Origin: Chiloscyllium plagiosum
Lineage: Eukaryota
Direction: 5' to 3'
Assembly: GCF_004010195.1 (NCBI RefSeq)
Contig: NC_057749.1
Location: 13,452,543 to 13,516,542 of the forward strand
DNA: 64,000 bases
Both the position numbers and the translations under genes were made by a program. Of this stretch, positions 38,706-52,199 are shown piece by piece; position 1 is the stretch's first letter, and the number at the start of each line of letters is the position of its first letter. The notes beneath the pieces are model-generated. The model did not search any database. It saw only the letters and a program-made list of their open reading frames with translations, and was not told the origin of the DNA.

Positions 38706-39440
38706 TGTTATGACACGGGGTGAACCCCTCTGCTAACTTAAACCAGCTACAGAGAAAAAGTTCGCCTCACGCCGTAATCTGTTAAAATTCGAGAGGCAAA
38801 GAACTATCCCAGAGGTCACTATTTAAGGTAAAAATTAACAGTTTTATTCTTTAAATCCAACAGAGAATGTTAAAACCAACAACAATTTACAACTCCTTTC
38901 TCTCAAAGCCATCTTTTACCTCCCACTCTACAATACTAATCCAATAAAAAAAGCCCTGATGAAGATTTTAGAAAGTCATGTTACAAAAATCAGTCAGCTT
39001 CATCAATTCTACTTTGTAGATTTTTCTCTGCAGATTTTCTTTCGGTCAATTTCGATGTTCTGCTGCTCAAACTTCTTATAGACAGGTATTTTTCAGAGAG
39101 CTCTTCAACTAGCAGTCTATATTTTTGGATGTCCTTGGCAGTTCTCCTTCTAACTGTTCAAGACATCTGGTTTTATACCCCAAAATATTAAATTGTTTCA
39201 TTGGTTTTAATATTATCAAAATGGTAAATTCAAATTTGATTGGATTTTGCTATCTTGGGGCATAATTTAAACTGATTGGCCAAATTTGAATTTGTTTTTG
39301 TTTCATAGCAACTCAGCTACAGCTATTTGTTTCCCAAGTGTTACATTCTTACTTTGTTCAGGACTCTCTGTGCTTTTGTCAGTCCTTGCTAGTTTTTAAA
39401 CTCTCTTAAAGGTACAATGCATCGCTACACCTTCAGAACA
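38706..39440 (-). mobile_element. Solo LTR (~735 bp)
   Basis: Termini tgttatga...tcagaaca (imperfect inverted repeat, TG...CA) with flanks aaat/gaat (4 bp TSD, one mismatch). On -: CCAAT (attgg ~39275), TATAAAA (~39171-39177) and AATAAA (~38843) in the expected order. Confidence 0.7.
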
Positions 39441-41070
39441 GAATCAACTCTGGCTCTCAGTCTGCCCACTTGTCCAGCAACCCTTAGGATGCAAAGGTCA
39501 TGCATCACCAAATTAAAACACTTACTGACTGGATGGCCAGAGCAGAAAAGAACATTATAAGAACCTGTTCTCTTGCTGTTAAAAGATGAAAATCAGTTAG
39601 AAACAATACTGTTGCACTGGATCATAGAGTCATAAAGTTATACAGTGTGGAAACAGATCCTTCACTCCAACTCATTTGTACCAATGAGATACCCTAAACT
39701 GATACAGTCCCATTTGCAGCATTTGGCCCATATCCCTCCAAATCCTTCCTATTCATGAAACCATCCAGATGCCTTTTAAATGTTGTAATTGTACCAGCCT
39801 CCATCATCACCTTTGGCAGCTCATGCCACACACACACACACACACACCACCCTCTGCGTGAAAACGTTGCCCCTCAGAGTCCTTTTAAATCTTTCACATT
39901 ACCTTTGAGCCATTTCCAATGGCAGTTTGGGGCCCCTCCTGCAAAGTTATCTGTGCTAAAAAGGATTTATATAAGCTGGTGAAAAATTAATCAGAGTTCT
40001 TTGTAGTTGAAGCTCTGTGGGAAGAGCTCTCTTACACAAAAAACATTTTCTTTCAAACCAAGGCTCATTGGTTTCAAACCAAGGCTAACCAAAGACTGTA
40101 TCCTATAGAAGCCAGATGTTTGCATCTTGTCATAAACCCAATTAAGTTTGAATCTCATTAGTGAGTGGATCACTCAGTAAACTGGAGGGGACAGAGAGGC
40201 TTGATATCCCAAGCTAGTTTGAGTTAACTGGTTACAGTTGAATTGAGCTTGGTATAGCCAGACTAGTGAGGGGGAAACTGAGCCAGGATTCTAATTGGTG
40301 ACATCTTTAAAGCACACACGTGTCTGTGGGTTGAGAGTTGGTTTCGCCTTGTGTGTGATGCCTTCCAAGGTCAAACAGCTCAAATACCTATGATCCAGCA
40401 GCAGGGTACATGAGGTGATCACACATGAACAGGGCTGCCAGTGACCTTTGCATCAAAAACCAAAAGTGTCAGAAAATAGAGTAACATTGGGAAAAACAAT
40501 ACGTTCATTAAAATAAACTTGAATTATTGAAGATTATATTTGAAAAATAATTTAAAATGGGACTTTATTGTTCAACAACATTCTAAATGAGGTAGCTCTA
40601 TTCTCGAATTGAGAAAAAGCTGAGAGGGTGCCTGATGAAAATGATACTGTACCCTTAAAAGGAAGCTTACATTGATAGGCGAGAACAAGCAGAGTGAACA
40701 ACTATCTCATTCAAAGAATACCGAGCTCAGTAATCCTCTAAGTACAACACTGACCCAATAGAGAAGAGGAAACAACAGTGCATTTAAACACAGGCTGGAG
40801 AAAAAACATACAATGACTGTTCCCAGCTGCATTGTTCTCCGATTGCCAGATAAGAGCCATTATCAAGGTGATTTAATTTAAGGTTAGAGGGTTTAATTGT
40901 GGGGACAGTGATGTGACCTGACACCTGCACCTGCATGTGAACTATATGCAGTACACCCAGCCCTGCATTTGTAACTGAAATGCTTCATTTATAAGGTCTC
41001 AATTCTGTAAGAAAAAAAGGAATTTATATTGCAATGAGCAATTGTGGAGAATATTATTGAATCTCTTTTA

Positions 41071-41076
41071 AATAAA
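41071..41076 (+). terminator. Candidate TMEM266 polyadenylation signal
   Basis: AATAAA after AT-rich unique sequence and followed by a U/GU-rich tract (ttgtgtcaattcttttcctgtgttttt). It would imply a ~4.5 kb 3' UTR. Other AATAAA motifs occur earlier. Confidence 0.3.
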
Positions 41077-41376
41077 AAAAATCTTTTTGATTGATTACAG
41101 CAATTGTGTCAATTCTTTTCCTGTGTTTTTCCAGTCTCCTTCCTCAATATATTGACAAATATCTCCAGCCCCTCGCCCCCAAGTAGCCATTTTTCAGTTC
41201 ATAGTTGATGGGAAAGCACCAAACTGTTTGACAGCAAGAGCATCACAGTCAAACCTAATCCTATTTTCAATTGGTATCTATACTTTTCAGCCTGATTTAA
41301 CAACTTGGAATTTCAGCTGAATTTTCTCCTGCAGTTATGAGTACACATTACATTCCGCAAATAATTCGGCATTCAA

Positions 41377-41962
41377 GGAGAAAGTGAGGACTGCAGATCT
41401 GGAGAGTTAGAGTCAGTAGTGTGGTGCTGGAAAAGCACAGCAGGTCAGGCAGCATCCGAGGAGCAGGAGAATCGACGTTTCAGGCATAAGCCCTTCATCA
41501 TAAATGTGGAGGGGTAAGGGCAACTGAGGGATAAATAGGAGGCTGGAGTGGGACTGGTAACTGGGAAGGCCATAGATGGATGCAGGTGGGGTAATTGTTA
41601 TAAGTCTGTCAGGAGGGTGGGGTTGTCAGATGGGAGGGTGGAGTGGATAGGTGGGAAGGAAGATGGACAGGTAGAACAGGGCAAGAGGGCGGTGGTGAGT
41701 TGTGGGGTTGGATCTGGGCTGAGGTGGCAGGAGGAAGGGAGATTTGGAAACTAGTGAAGTTGATGTTGATGCTGTTGTGATTGAAGGGTCCCAAGGTGGA
41801 AGGTGAGGTGTTCTTCCTCTAGTTGGTGAGAGGCTTTGGTTATAGGCATTCATGCCAACAGGCATTCATTCCTGAAGAAGGGCTTATGCCCGAAACGTTG
41901 ATTCTCCTGTTCCCTGGATGCTGCCTGACCTGCTGCGCTTTTCCAGCAACACATTTTCAGCT
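41377..41962 (-). mobile_element. Penelope-like element fragment with inverted pLTRs
   Basis: 41420-41500 and 41870-41950 are inverted copies of the pLTR (gctggaaaagcacagcaggtcaggcagcatcc...). The interior encodes an end like PFNHNSININFTSF, similar to 27510-27560. Confidence 0.85.
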
Positions 41963-43029
41963 CCATTCATGCCAACTAATCTATGCTATGCACAATCCAA
42001 ATTCTACTCCCACAAATGCTGTCCCATTAGTTAGCTCATTAGTGCAGGAATCATAACTGACGCTTTCTATTCTTAATGATTTATGATTAGAATGGAATGG
42101 AATGAGCTTTATTGGCATGTTTATAAGTCACCACTTATAGCTCCATCACAGGTACAAAGGTACCCAGGAATAGCTTCGTCAGTTACAAGGTCTTACTTTA
42201 GATTAAATTCCCTACAACATGGAAACAGGCCCTTCAGCCAAATAAGTCCACACCGACCCTCTGAACAATAACCCACCCAGACCCAATCCCCTACATTTTA
42301 CCCCTGACTAACCCACCTAACACAATGGGCAATTTAGCATGTCCAATTCACCTAACCTACACATCTTTGGATTGTGGGAGGAAACCAGAGCACCCAGAAG
42401 AAACTCATGCAGACACGGGGAGAATGTGCAAACTCCACACAGTAACCCAAGGTGGGACTCAAACCCGGGTCCTTGGCGCTGTGAGGCAGCAGTGCTAACC
42501 ACTGAACCATCGTGTCACTACATAGAAAAACAGAGAAATAAAAGTGCAGTGTTGCAGAAGTAAAAGTTCAGAAACAATGATCTTCCAACCCAGTCCACAC
42601 TAGCACCTAGTCTCCAGTCTGGATTGGGCTCCTCTGGTACCAGACCATATCAGGCCTCAAGGTTCATAAAGCAAGGATTAACTCACAGATAACTGTAGTT
42701 CCTGATTTCAGGAGTTCATCTCCACTTACGTAGTTCTTCTGGCACAGAGAATATTCCAAGACTCTTGAAACAGACACATAAGCTGAGAATGGAGTGATCC
42801 TGTGAGAGTAGTGGCAGAGGTTTATTTGAAAATGTGGCTTTTAAAAGAGAGTCATCAGGGTGGAGAGAGTGTCACAGAAGCTGACAGGGTTTAAGAGTAG
42901 GGAATTCCAGAAGGTGAGCTGAATTCGATGAAAGTACAGCCTTCAACAAAGAGTTGACGGACAAAAGGTTGGAAAGGGAGGATGGAAACGCTCAGAGGGA
43001 AGAGAGTGAGATGGAGGAGGCTTTTTACA

Positions 43030-43268
43030 AAATATTTTCTTATCAACCTGTTCAGAGATGACATCATACACTTTTGGAGCTGATGGGTTAGAACCCAAGC
43101 CTCCTGCCTCTGAGGGAGGGACACTACCACTGCACCCCGAAGGGCCTCCATCTTCTTCTCTCGATATTTTCTAATCAACCTGCACAAACATGTTTAGACA
43201 CACTTCCAGGGCACGTGGGACTTGAACGCAGGTCCTCAGCCTCAGAGATAGGTGCACTACCACTGAGG
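43030..43268 (-). mobile_element. Tandem pair of short (~120 bp) tRNA-derived SINEs
   Basis: On -: A box tgcagtggtag, B box ggttctaaccc/gttcaagtccc, tail caggttgat(a/t)agaaaatat, present twice. A similar pair lies at ~50965-51210. Confidence 0.65.
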
Positions 43269-43498
43269 TTATTGCATTAGGAGAGGACAGGGGTGTGGAG
43301 AGATTTCAAGACAAAGATGTGAATGAGAGTATGAGTGGTTAATTACCGGGGCACAGGCTTAGGGTGATTGGTGGAAGGAATGGAGGAGACATGAAGATGG
43401 CGGGTATCCAGAATTGGTTGCTTGGTTGATGCAGAATCTTTCAATTCATTTCAAAGGAACATGGAGCTGCAGCTGAAATCTGCAAGGTTCCAGACCAG

Positions 43499-43811
43499 TT
43501 ACATTACATTACATTACAGTGTGGAAACAGGCCCTTCAGCCCAACAAGTCCACACCGACCCGCCGAAGCGCAACCCACCCATGCCCCTACATTTACCCCT
43601 TACCTAACACTACCCGCAATTTAGCATGGCCAATTCACCTGACCTGCACATCTTTGGACTGTGGGAGGAAACCGGAGCACCCGGAGGAAATCCACGCAGA
43701 CATGGGGAGAACGTGCAAACTCCACACAGTCAGTCGCCTGAGGTGGGAATTGAACCCGGGTCTCTGGTGCTGTGAGGCAGCAGTACTAACCACTGTGCCA
43801 CCGTGCCGCCC
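43499..43811 (-). mobile_element. HE1-type tRNA-derived SINE (young, full length)
   Basis: On -: gggcggcacggtggcacagtggttag (A box), gggttcaattcc (B box), V-SINE-like core cccacagtccaaagatgtgcagg, tail ggcctgtttccacactgtaatg. Confidence 0.93.
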
Positions 43812-46800
43812 ACGGTGGAGATATGATCAATCTCAAATACAGTCGAATCATAGAATCTCTACTGTGCGGAAACAGGCCAGTTGGCCTATCAAGTCTGCAT
43901 TGACCCTCCAAACAATATCACTCCCAGACCCACCCACCCACCCTACCCTACCCTATTCTCATAACCCTGCATTTAGCATGGCCAATCCACCAAACCTGCA
44001 CATCTTTCGACTGTGGGAGGAAACCCACGCAGACACGGGGAGAATGTGCAAACACTGCATAGACAGTCACCCGACAAGGATGGAATCAAACCTGGGTCCC
44101 TGGCACTGCGAGGCAGCAGGGCTAACCACTGAGCCACTGCACCGGGAGACTTCTTAAATAGGTAGTTGTACATACCATAGCTTTCCACACATGATGCCAA
44201 AGCTCAACTGAGAATTGTTTTCATTCATTCATGGGATATGAGCATCATTCGCTAGGCCAGCATTTATTGCCCATTCCTAGTTACCTTAAGGAAGTGGTGG
44301 TGAGCTGCCTTCTTGAACTGCTGTGACCATTTGGTGAAGGAACGATGATATATTTCCAAGTCAGAATGGTGAGTGGCTTGGAGAGGAACTTGCAGGTGGT
44401 GGTGTTCCAGGAAGATGGCATCAGAAGATGTGCCCAGGACTCATTCACTCAATCTATCCACTTTTCTTTTTGTTGCATTTCTCTTTTATTGCACTCACCT
44501 CTCATGAAGAGCCCAGTTGCAACCATGGCATCGACAGTTGTGACTTAGCCCAGCTCTGAGTCGTGGCAGAGGATTCCGGTAAAGTGGCGGCAGAGGAGCT
44601 GGCAGAGGGACATGTGCAGGACCTGGTATGGGCATCGGTGGCTGCCACATTGACGGAGGCATCAGCAAGGTAGGCCCAGTGATTTAAGATGGTGCCTGAG
44701 GATTGGTAACTTTAATGTTGGTTGGGTCCAACGCTAGTGGCGGCAAAACGGTGGCAGAATAGGCATCACAGTGACAGTCCAAAGATGTGCAGATTAGATG
44801 GATTGCCATATTACATTGCCTATTGTGTCAAGAGATGTGCCAGTTAGGTGCATTAGTCAGGGGAAATGTAAAAGTAATAAGGTAGGGAATGATTACTGGG
44901 TAGGATACTCTTCAGAGTGGACAGTATTCGGTGTGGACTTGTTGGGCCAAATGGCCTGTTTCCACACTGTAGGGATTCTATGATATTGGCGTAAAAGGTG
45001 GCATATTTGGTTGGCGTCACAATCAGAGATATTGGGCTTCAGTTCCAACAGACTAGAATTGGTATTCCTGGAATGGACTGTGATGCAGGGGTGTTAGTGG
45101 ACCCAGAGTCCATTGCAAACAGAACACAAGGAAGGAAGAAGGTGACTCTGTTTTTACTATATCTCCTATATCATGATTTCAGTCTTATATCTTAATATCC
45201 CTATAGTGTGGAAACAAGCTATTTGGCCCAACAAGTCTAGACCAATCCTCCAAAGAGCATCCCACCTAGCCCCATTCCCCTACCATATTACTTTTACATT
45301 TCCCCTAACGTATCTAACTGACACATCCCTTGACACAATGGGCAATGTAATATGGCAATTCATCTAATCTGCACATCTTTGGACTGTCACTGTGATGCCC
45401 ATGTAGGGGTATGTAGGGGTATGGGTGGGTTGCGCTTCGGCGGGTTGGTGTGGACTTGTTGGGCTGAATGGCCTGTTTCCACACTAATGTAATGTAATCT
45501 AATCGTAATCTAATCTAATCTAATCCCTGGACACTATGAGCAATTTAGCCAGTTCACCTAACTGCACATCTTTAGACTGTGGGAGGAAACCAGAGCACCC
45601 AGATGAAACCCATGCAGACACAGGGAGAATGTGCAAACTCCACACAAACAGTCACCCGAGGCTGGAATCAAACCCAGGTCCCTGACGCTGTGGTGCAGCA
45701 CTGCTAACCACTGAGCCACCGTGCCACCCTAAATATCGTCCTTAAGTCAAAATGGTGTCAGAGCACAACGAAATGTTACACTTTTCACTGTAAATAAAGT
45801 GAGAATAAATCATTCAAATTAAATGTATCTTTTCCATCTAAGTGGAAGTAGTCGTGGATTTGGAAGGTGCTGTCTAAAGAGCATTTGGAGAATTTCTGCA
45901 GTGAATCTTGTAAATAGTACATACTGTTGCTATTGAGTGTTGGTGGTGGAGAGAGTGAATGTGGTGTTAATCAAGTGAGCTGCTTTATCCTGGATGTTGT
46001 CAAGACTCTTGAGTGTTATTGGAGCTCGACCCATCAGGCAAGAGGGGAGTATTCTATCATACTCCTGACTTGCACCTGGTAGATTATTCGGGAACAAAGA
46101 TAGATATTGTTGGAAAAGTTCAGCAAGTCTGGTAGTACCTGCAGGCAGGAATCAGACTTAACGTTTCGGGTCAAGTGACTCTTCCTCAGAACTCAACCTG
46201 AAACATTAACTCTGATTTCTCTCCACAGATGCTGTTAGACCTGCTGAGTTTTCCCAGCAGTTTCTATTTTTGTTTCAGATTTACAGCAACCGTCGTTATT
46301 TCAGTTTTTAGATGTTTCTGGAAGTTAGGGAGTGAGTTACTCACTGCAGGATTTCTAGACTCAGATCTGCTCTTATAGCTACAGGGTTTATGTGGTTCAG
46401 TTTCTGGTCAATGGTAAGCTTCTGAATGTTGATGGTAGGCAATTCAGTGCACAAAACCACTCTTTACTGTTTCTGGATATAATGGAAGGACTGCAGTAGA
46501 AAGCGGTGTAGAAAAAACATTTGGGTTTCAGATTCATTGAGAAATTCAATTTATCTCTGAAATTAATGCTTGACATTATCCAAGACAATCCATTTCTTGA
46601 TGCTCTTCTGATGTACAAAGCGGAGGACAATTGATCAACAGCTCATTTAAAATCATCCTCACAATAATTGCTGCTTATGACAACAGAATCTATAACAAAA
46701 CATAGTTGTTATAATCAAGTCACAATTTTGACTCAGTGGCATCAATTCTCCTTCAATGAGTCAGGACAAAGGGCCTGTTTCCACGCAGTAGCACTCTAAG

Positions 46801-48090
46801 TGAGAAGGTGCCAGAAACCTACCCTTCAGAGTGTTGCATGAAACATTAGATGAAAGTCCTTCCTTTCCTCTTGAGGAGACAAAAGATTTATAAGAGGGAG
46901 GATGTAGAGTTCTCCATGTGGCCTGACCAACATGTATCCCTCAATAAATATTACCAGAAAGGAGAATATCTGGTCATTCTCCTCGCTGTTATATATGGAA
47001 CCTATGATTGCATGAGTGTCACTCATCACCTCTCATGTCAAGCCTGAGTGCTGTCTAGGTCTGGTTGTGTGTAGACAGACTGTTTCAGTGGCAAATTGTA
47101 CTGCACATTGTAATCAAAAATGAACATCACCAATGTTGACCTTATGTTTGAGCAGAGACTGGGAGAGTGCAACTACATCAAGGTCCAATAACCAGTAGTC
47201 CCAGGATATTGATTTTCATAAAATCCCAGTGTGGAAACAGGCCATATCAACAAGTTTACACTGACCTCCCAAACAGCATCCCAGCCAGACCTATCCCTCG
47301 ACCCTATCCCTGTAACTCTGCATTTTCCGTGGCTAATGCACCTAACCTACAGGTCCCTGCACACTCTGGGCAATTTAGCACAGCCAATCCACCTAACTTG
47401 CACATCTTTAGACCGTGGGAAGAAACCGGAGCACCCAGCAGAAACTCACACAGACACGAGGAGAATGTGCAAATTCTACACAGACAGTTGCCTGAGACTG
47501 GAATCGAACCCAGGTCCCTGGCGCAGTGAAGCAGCAGTGATAACCATTGAGCCACTGTGCTGCCCATTTTAGGAGGGCTCATGAGCATGATTACCTAATA
47601 TGGGAAGTCCACCATGTATAGCAATTCTCTGATAGAATATTAAGTGTGTTAAGAAGCATCAGTTTCCATACGATACATTAGTTAATCAGATAAAGTAAAT
47701 ACCTGACCTTGACAAATGAGAACACTTCATCAATCCTGAATTCTGTCGAGTGCAGGAACACAGGGAGTGTTCATCTCTGATGCTGTGCAGTCTTTGGACG
47801 TAACAATCTGTGTTGTTCCCTGAAGCTAATTGAGGGGAACCCCTGGTCTTTTCCCAAGAAAATGGTGATCCCCGGATTTCACTCTAACCCCACTCCGGTC
47901 TCTCTCTCTCTCTCTCCTCCCTTCTACACCTATTGATAAACCTCCTTTTGGCCCATCAACCACCTGTCTAAACCCTCTTGGCCAAATGATCCTGGACAGC
48001 AATTCATTATGCAGGTTAATGATTGTCCCCTTGCCCCCACCCCTCCATTTGAACATATGGCAGACAATAATTTTTTTTGTTCACATTTGT

Positions 48091-48396
48091 GGGTGGCACA
48101 GTGGTTAGCACTGCTGCCTCACAGCGCCAGAGACCCGGGTTCAATTCCCGCCTCAGGCGACTGACTGTATGGAGTTTGCACATTCTCCCCGTGTCTGCGT
48201 GGGTTTCCTCCGGGTGCTCCAGTTTCCTCCCACAGTCCAAAGATGTGCAGGTCAGGTGAATTGGCCATGCTAAATTGCCCGTAGTGTTAGGTAAGGGGTA
48301 AATGTAGGGGTATGGGTGGGTTGCGCTTCGGCAGGGCGGTGTGGATTTGTTGGGCCGAAGGGCCTGTTTCCACACTGTAAGTAATCTAATCTAATC
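48091..48396 (+). mobile_element. HE1-type SINE (young)
   Basis: Nearly identical to 43499-43811, with (taatc)n tail. Confidence 0.93.
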
Positions 48397-50438
48397 TTTG
48401 TAGAAGGCTAGTTATTGCTGTAACATGAGGTCTCAAGCTTTATATGGAATGCTAATAGAACTCTGAAATAACATTTAAAATACATTTGGATAAGTTTATG
48501 AATAGGAAAGGTTTGGAGGGATATAGGCCAAGAGCAGGCAGGTGGGACTAGTTCAGTTTAGTTTAGGAACATGATTGGACTGAAGAGTCTGCTTCCATGC
48601 TGTATGCCTCTATGACTTAATGACGATCATATTATAGCTACTGTAAAATACCATTATTTTACATGGTTTAAGCAAATAAAGTGCAAGATTCAATTTGAGT
48701 ATGATTCTATGTAAATCTGGGAGATGACTGTTCACTGTTAAACTAGATGGGACTGTTACTGTCAGCCATTGATTTACGCAAAACTTATTCTAAATGAGTA
48801 GCACCTGCAGGATATAAAGGGAAAAGATTTGTGGAAGGAACTTGAATTGCAATTCTGACACAAAAAAATCATAAATTGCTGGAGAAACTCAACAGGTCTG
48901 GGAGAGAAAAAAAGGTCAATGATTCGGTCCAGAGACCATTCATCTGAACTAGTCGTAGCTAGGAAGTCTTTGGTCGTAGCAGTGCGTTGTTCCCTCAAGT
49001 TAATTGAGGGGGACCCCTGGTCTTATGCTGAATATGGGGAGTATTGGGGTCATAAAGGAATAAACAATAGGTGGAGATGGAGCCCAGAGTGACAGAAAGA
49101 GAGTTAAACAGACAGAGGGATGGATAATGGCAAACCAGGGAGAAAGAAAAGCTGCTAACATTAAGTCTGACATTGTACAATTACTCTACACAGACAGAAC
49201 ATGCAAAATATAAAGGAGATTGGAAGAACCCTTTGGGAGAAACTAACTGGAGTTCTGTGCATATTGTTATGTTCCAGTAATGACCTGGAATAGGTCTGTC
49301 AAGCTTTCTCCAGCTTAAGCACTGAAAACACAAGTAATAGTAATGCTATGCTACAAAATTAATAAAAGATTAACATTTAATGGCGCCACTCAAAGCATTC
49401 AGGAGGAGCTGTGATCTTATACTCGGGTATTTCAACACTGGAGACTGATTATGATTATGCCATTAATAAGCCAAGAGCACTTAAGCTCAAAGGGGGAAGT
49501 GTAATCATTCCACTTAGCAACACAATCCTTAATGCTATACAAATGATTGTATCTATACACTTACTGGTACCTCTTGGATCTCTTTTCCTGTTGTATTTCC
49601 TGCTTTAAAGCTGATTAGAGACAGCAATGCAATAATAAGTTGATAATTTCTTTCTGGGTGTGGTTTGGGAGGCACACGTTAGCCAGAACATCCCTATTCT
49701 TTTTTCAAAATAGCTTAAACATCTGGATCAGATGAAACATCTGAAAAATGCTATCTATGACAGTTCTGCAGTGAGGTGACAGTCTAGACTCTGCCCTCAA
49801 GAATCTTGAGTGAAACTGGAGGCCAACCTGCTGACTGAGGCAAGTGTGAGATGCACTAAGCCAGGGCTGAGACCACCCAGCCAGCCTTCATTATATAACA
49901 CTTTTAACTGGCACCACTAATACCTGGAATGGGAAAGATGTCTCATGGCGAAATGTTAGACAAGCTAGGCTTATATCTGCTGGAGATTACAACAATAAGG
50001 GGCAACTTGATTCAAACACTGAAGATCCTGAGGGATCTTGTCAGGGTGCATGTGGAAAGGGTGCTTCCTCTTGTGGGAGAATCTAGGGAAGATTATTTAA
50101 AAATAAGGAGTTGCCCATTTGAGATACAGATTTTTTTTTAAATCACAGAGAGTCATGAATATTTGGTGCACTCTTCGAAAAGCCATGGAAGCAGGGTCTA
50201 TGATTTTTTAAAGACAGAGGTAGATAGACTTTTGTTAAGCAAGAGGTGAAAGGTTAACAGGGTAGGAGGGTACCGGGAGTAATCAGATCAGCAATGACCT
50301 TACTGAATAGGAAAGCAGGCTCAAGGGGCTATGAGGAAGAAATGCTTCCTCAAATTAGCTCCGATCGGTCTAAGTTTAAAGCTCCACTCCCTTGTTCTAT
50401 ACACACTTCCACCAGAAGAAATAATACCTCTCCGTCAT

Positions 50439-50746
50439 GGGCGGCACGGTGGCACAGTGGTTAGCACTGCTGCCTCACAGCACCAGAGACCCGGGTTAGA
50501 TTCCCGCCTCAGGCGACTGACTGTATGGAGTTTGCACGTTCTCCCCATGTCTGCGTGGGTTTCCTCTGGTACTCCGGTTTCCTCCCACAGTCCAAAGATG
50601 TGCAGGTCAGGTGAATTGACCATGCTAAATTGCCCATAGTGTTAGGTAGGGGGTAAATGTAGGGGTATGGGTGGGTTGCGCTTCGGCGGGGCGGTGTGGA
50701 CTTGTTGGGCCGAAGGGCCTGTTTCCACATTGTAAGTAATCTAATC
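50439..50746 (+). mobile_element. HE1-type SINE (young)
   Basis: Same subfamily as 48091-48396. Confidence 0.93.
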
Positions 50747-52199
50747 AACTCTTCTGATCATCTTAAACATTTCCATGAGGTTGCCACATAATTTTTACAT
50801 GTAAGGAAATTCAAACCAAATCTGGACAACTTGGTCTCATACTTTAACCCATTTAGAGCCTGTACTATTCTGGTGAATCTGTACAACACCATCTCCCAAT
50901 GTTGATATACTTGAAAGTGTAGTGCCCAGAACTGTACACAATGCTCTAAAAAATTTGAAGATTTTTTTAGAAGAATACCCAACCTGCCCACAACTTTGGC
51001 ACAATTCTTGAGCAAGTAAGACTTGGACCCAGACCTCCTGCTTCAAACATAGGAGCATTACCACTGATCACAAAAAATACAACCAGAGGCTTATAGACTT
51101 TTTAAAAAAATTCAACTTGTTCAGACATGTTGTTACATGTGTCTGGAGCAGATGGAATTTGAACGCAAACATCTTGGCTCAATGGTAACATGACTACCAT
51201 TGCATCACAACAGTCAAACCAGAGACTGATATACTACAGCTCTCTATATAGTAGCTGAGGTGAGAATAATTGACAACCTACAAACTGGGACATCTGATCT
51301 AACTGATGTAGTTGCCATTGTTTTAATTTGTTCTGCCATCAAGGTGCCTAAGTTCTACAGTTATTCTAACACCAATGGTAATATCTTCACTGGACAGTAT
51401 CTTTAATTGCATATTAGAGTAGGTGGTGGTTTAGTTGTAATGTCAGTGGACTAGTAATTCAGAATCCATGTTCTATGGACATGGGTTTGATTCTCACCAT
51501 AGCAGATGGTGAAAACTGATTTCAACAAAATATGGAATTGAAACCTACTGTAATGGCAACCATGCAGTCAGCAAAACTTATCTGGTTCATTAATACCCTT
51601 AGGGAAGGAAATCTGCCATTCTTACCTGGTCTGGTTTACATACGACTCCATAGACACACAAATATGGTCATCTTTTAACAGCCCTTTGAATGGGTGAGCA
51701 AGCCACTCAGTTTGTGGGCAATTGATGGCCTAGTCAAGGATACCCACATCCCATGAAAGATTTTGAAAAAAATTTGTTGAACTGCACAGAATATCAGCAA
51801 ACTTGATAAGTAAAGGGTGCACCAAAAGCAAAAATTGCCACATTTAATTTTACTCTGTAGATCTGATTATTTGAAATGTTCTTGCGAAGCCTGGAACTCT
51901 CAGTATTAAGCACCATTGTCAACACTAACTCATTTATCTGTCTCTCCTCCTCCTCTGAATAATAGAAACCTTCCATTTCAAGGAATTCCATAGCTTCAGA
52001 TCTATCAAAATTTGTTTTGCCTCCTAATTGAGTTACTAGTCAAGGCAAACTAAGTGAATTAAAGACCTATTTTAAAAATATTTGAAATTTATCACAAGCA
52101 CTTTACTCTCAGTACTTCATGAGTATTATCTTCATTCAGCAGAATGCAGTTTGTAATTGATACCATTCCTTGTTGCACATTTTTACAGTGAAGACAAAA

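Noticed and set aside
43519..44157. 212-aa ORF and similar ORFs at 47167-47588, 48016-48375 and 50331-50748
   Set aside because: Read-through of SINE sequence, recurring wherever the SINE occurs.
48091..48160. tRNA gene calls for A/B-box sequences
   Set aside because: They are SINE heads that continue directly into SINE bodies, with no full cloverleaf evident.
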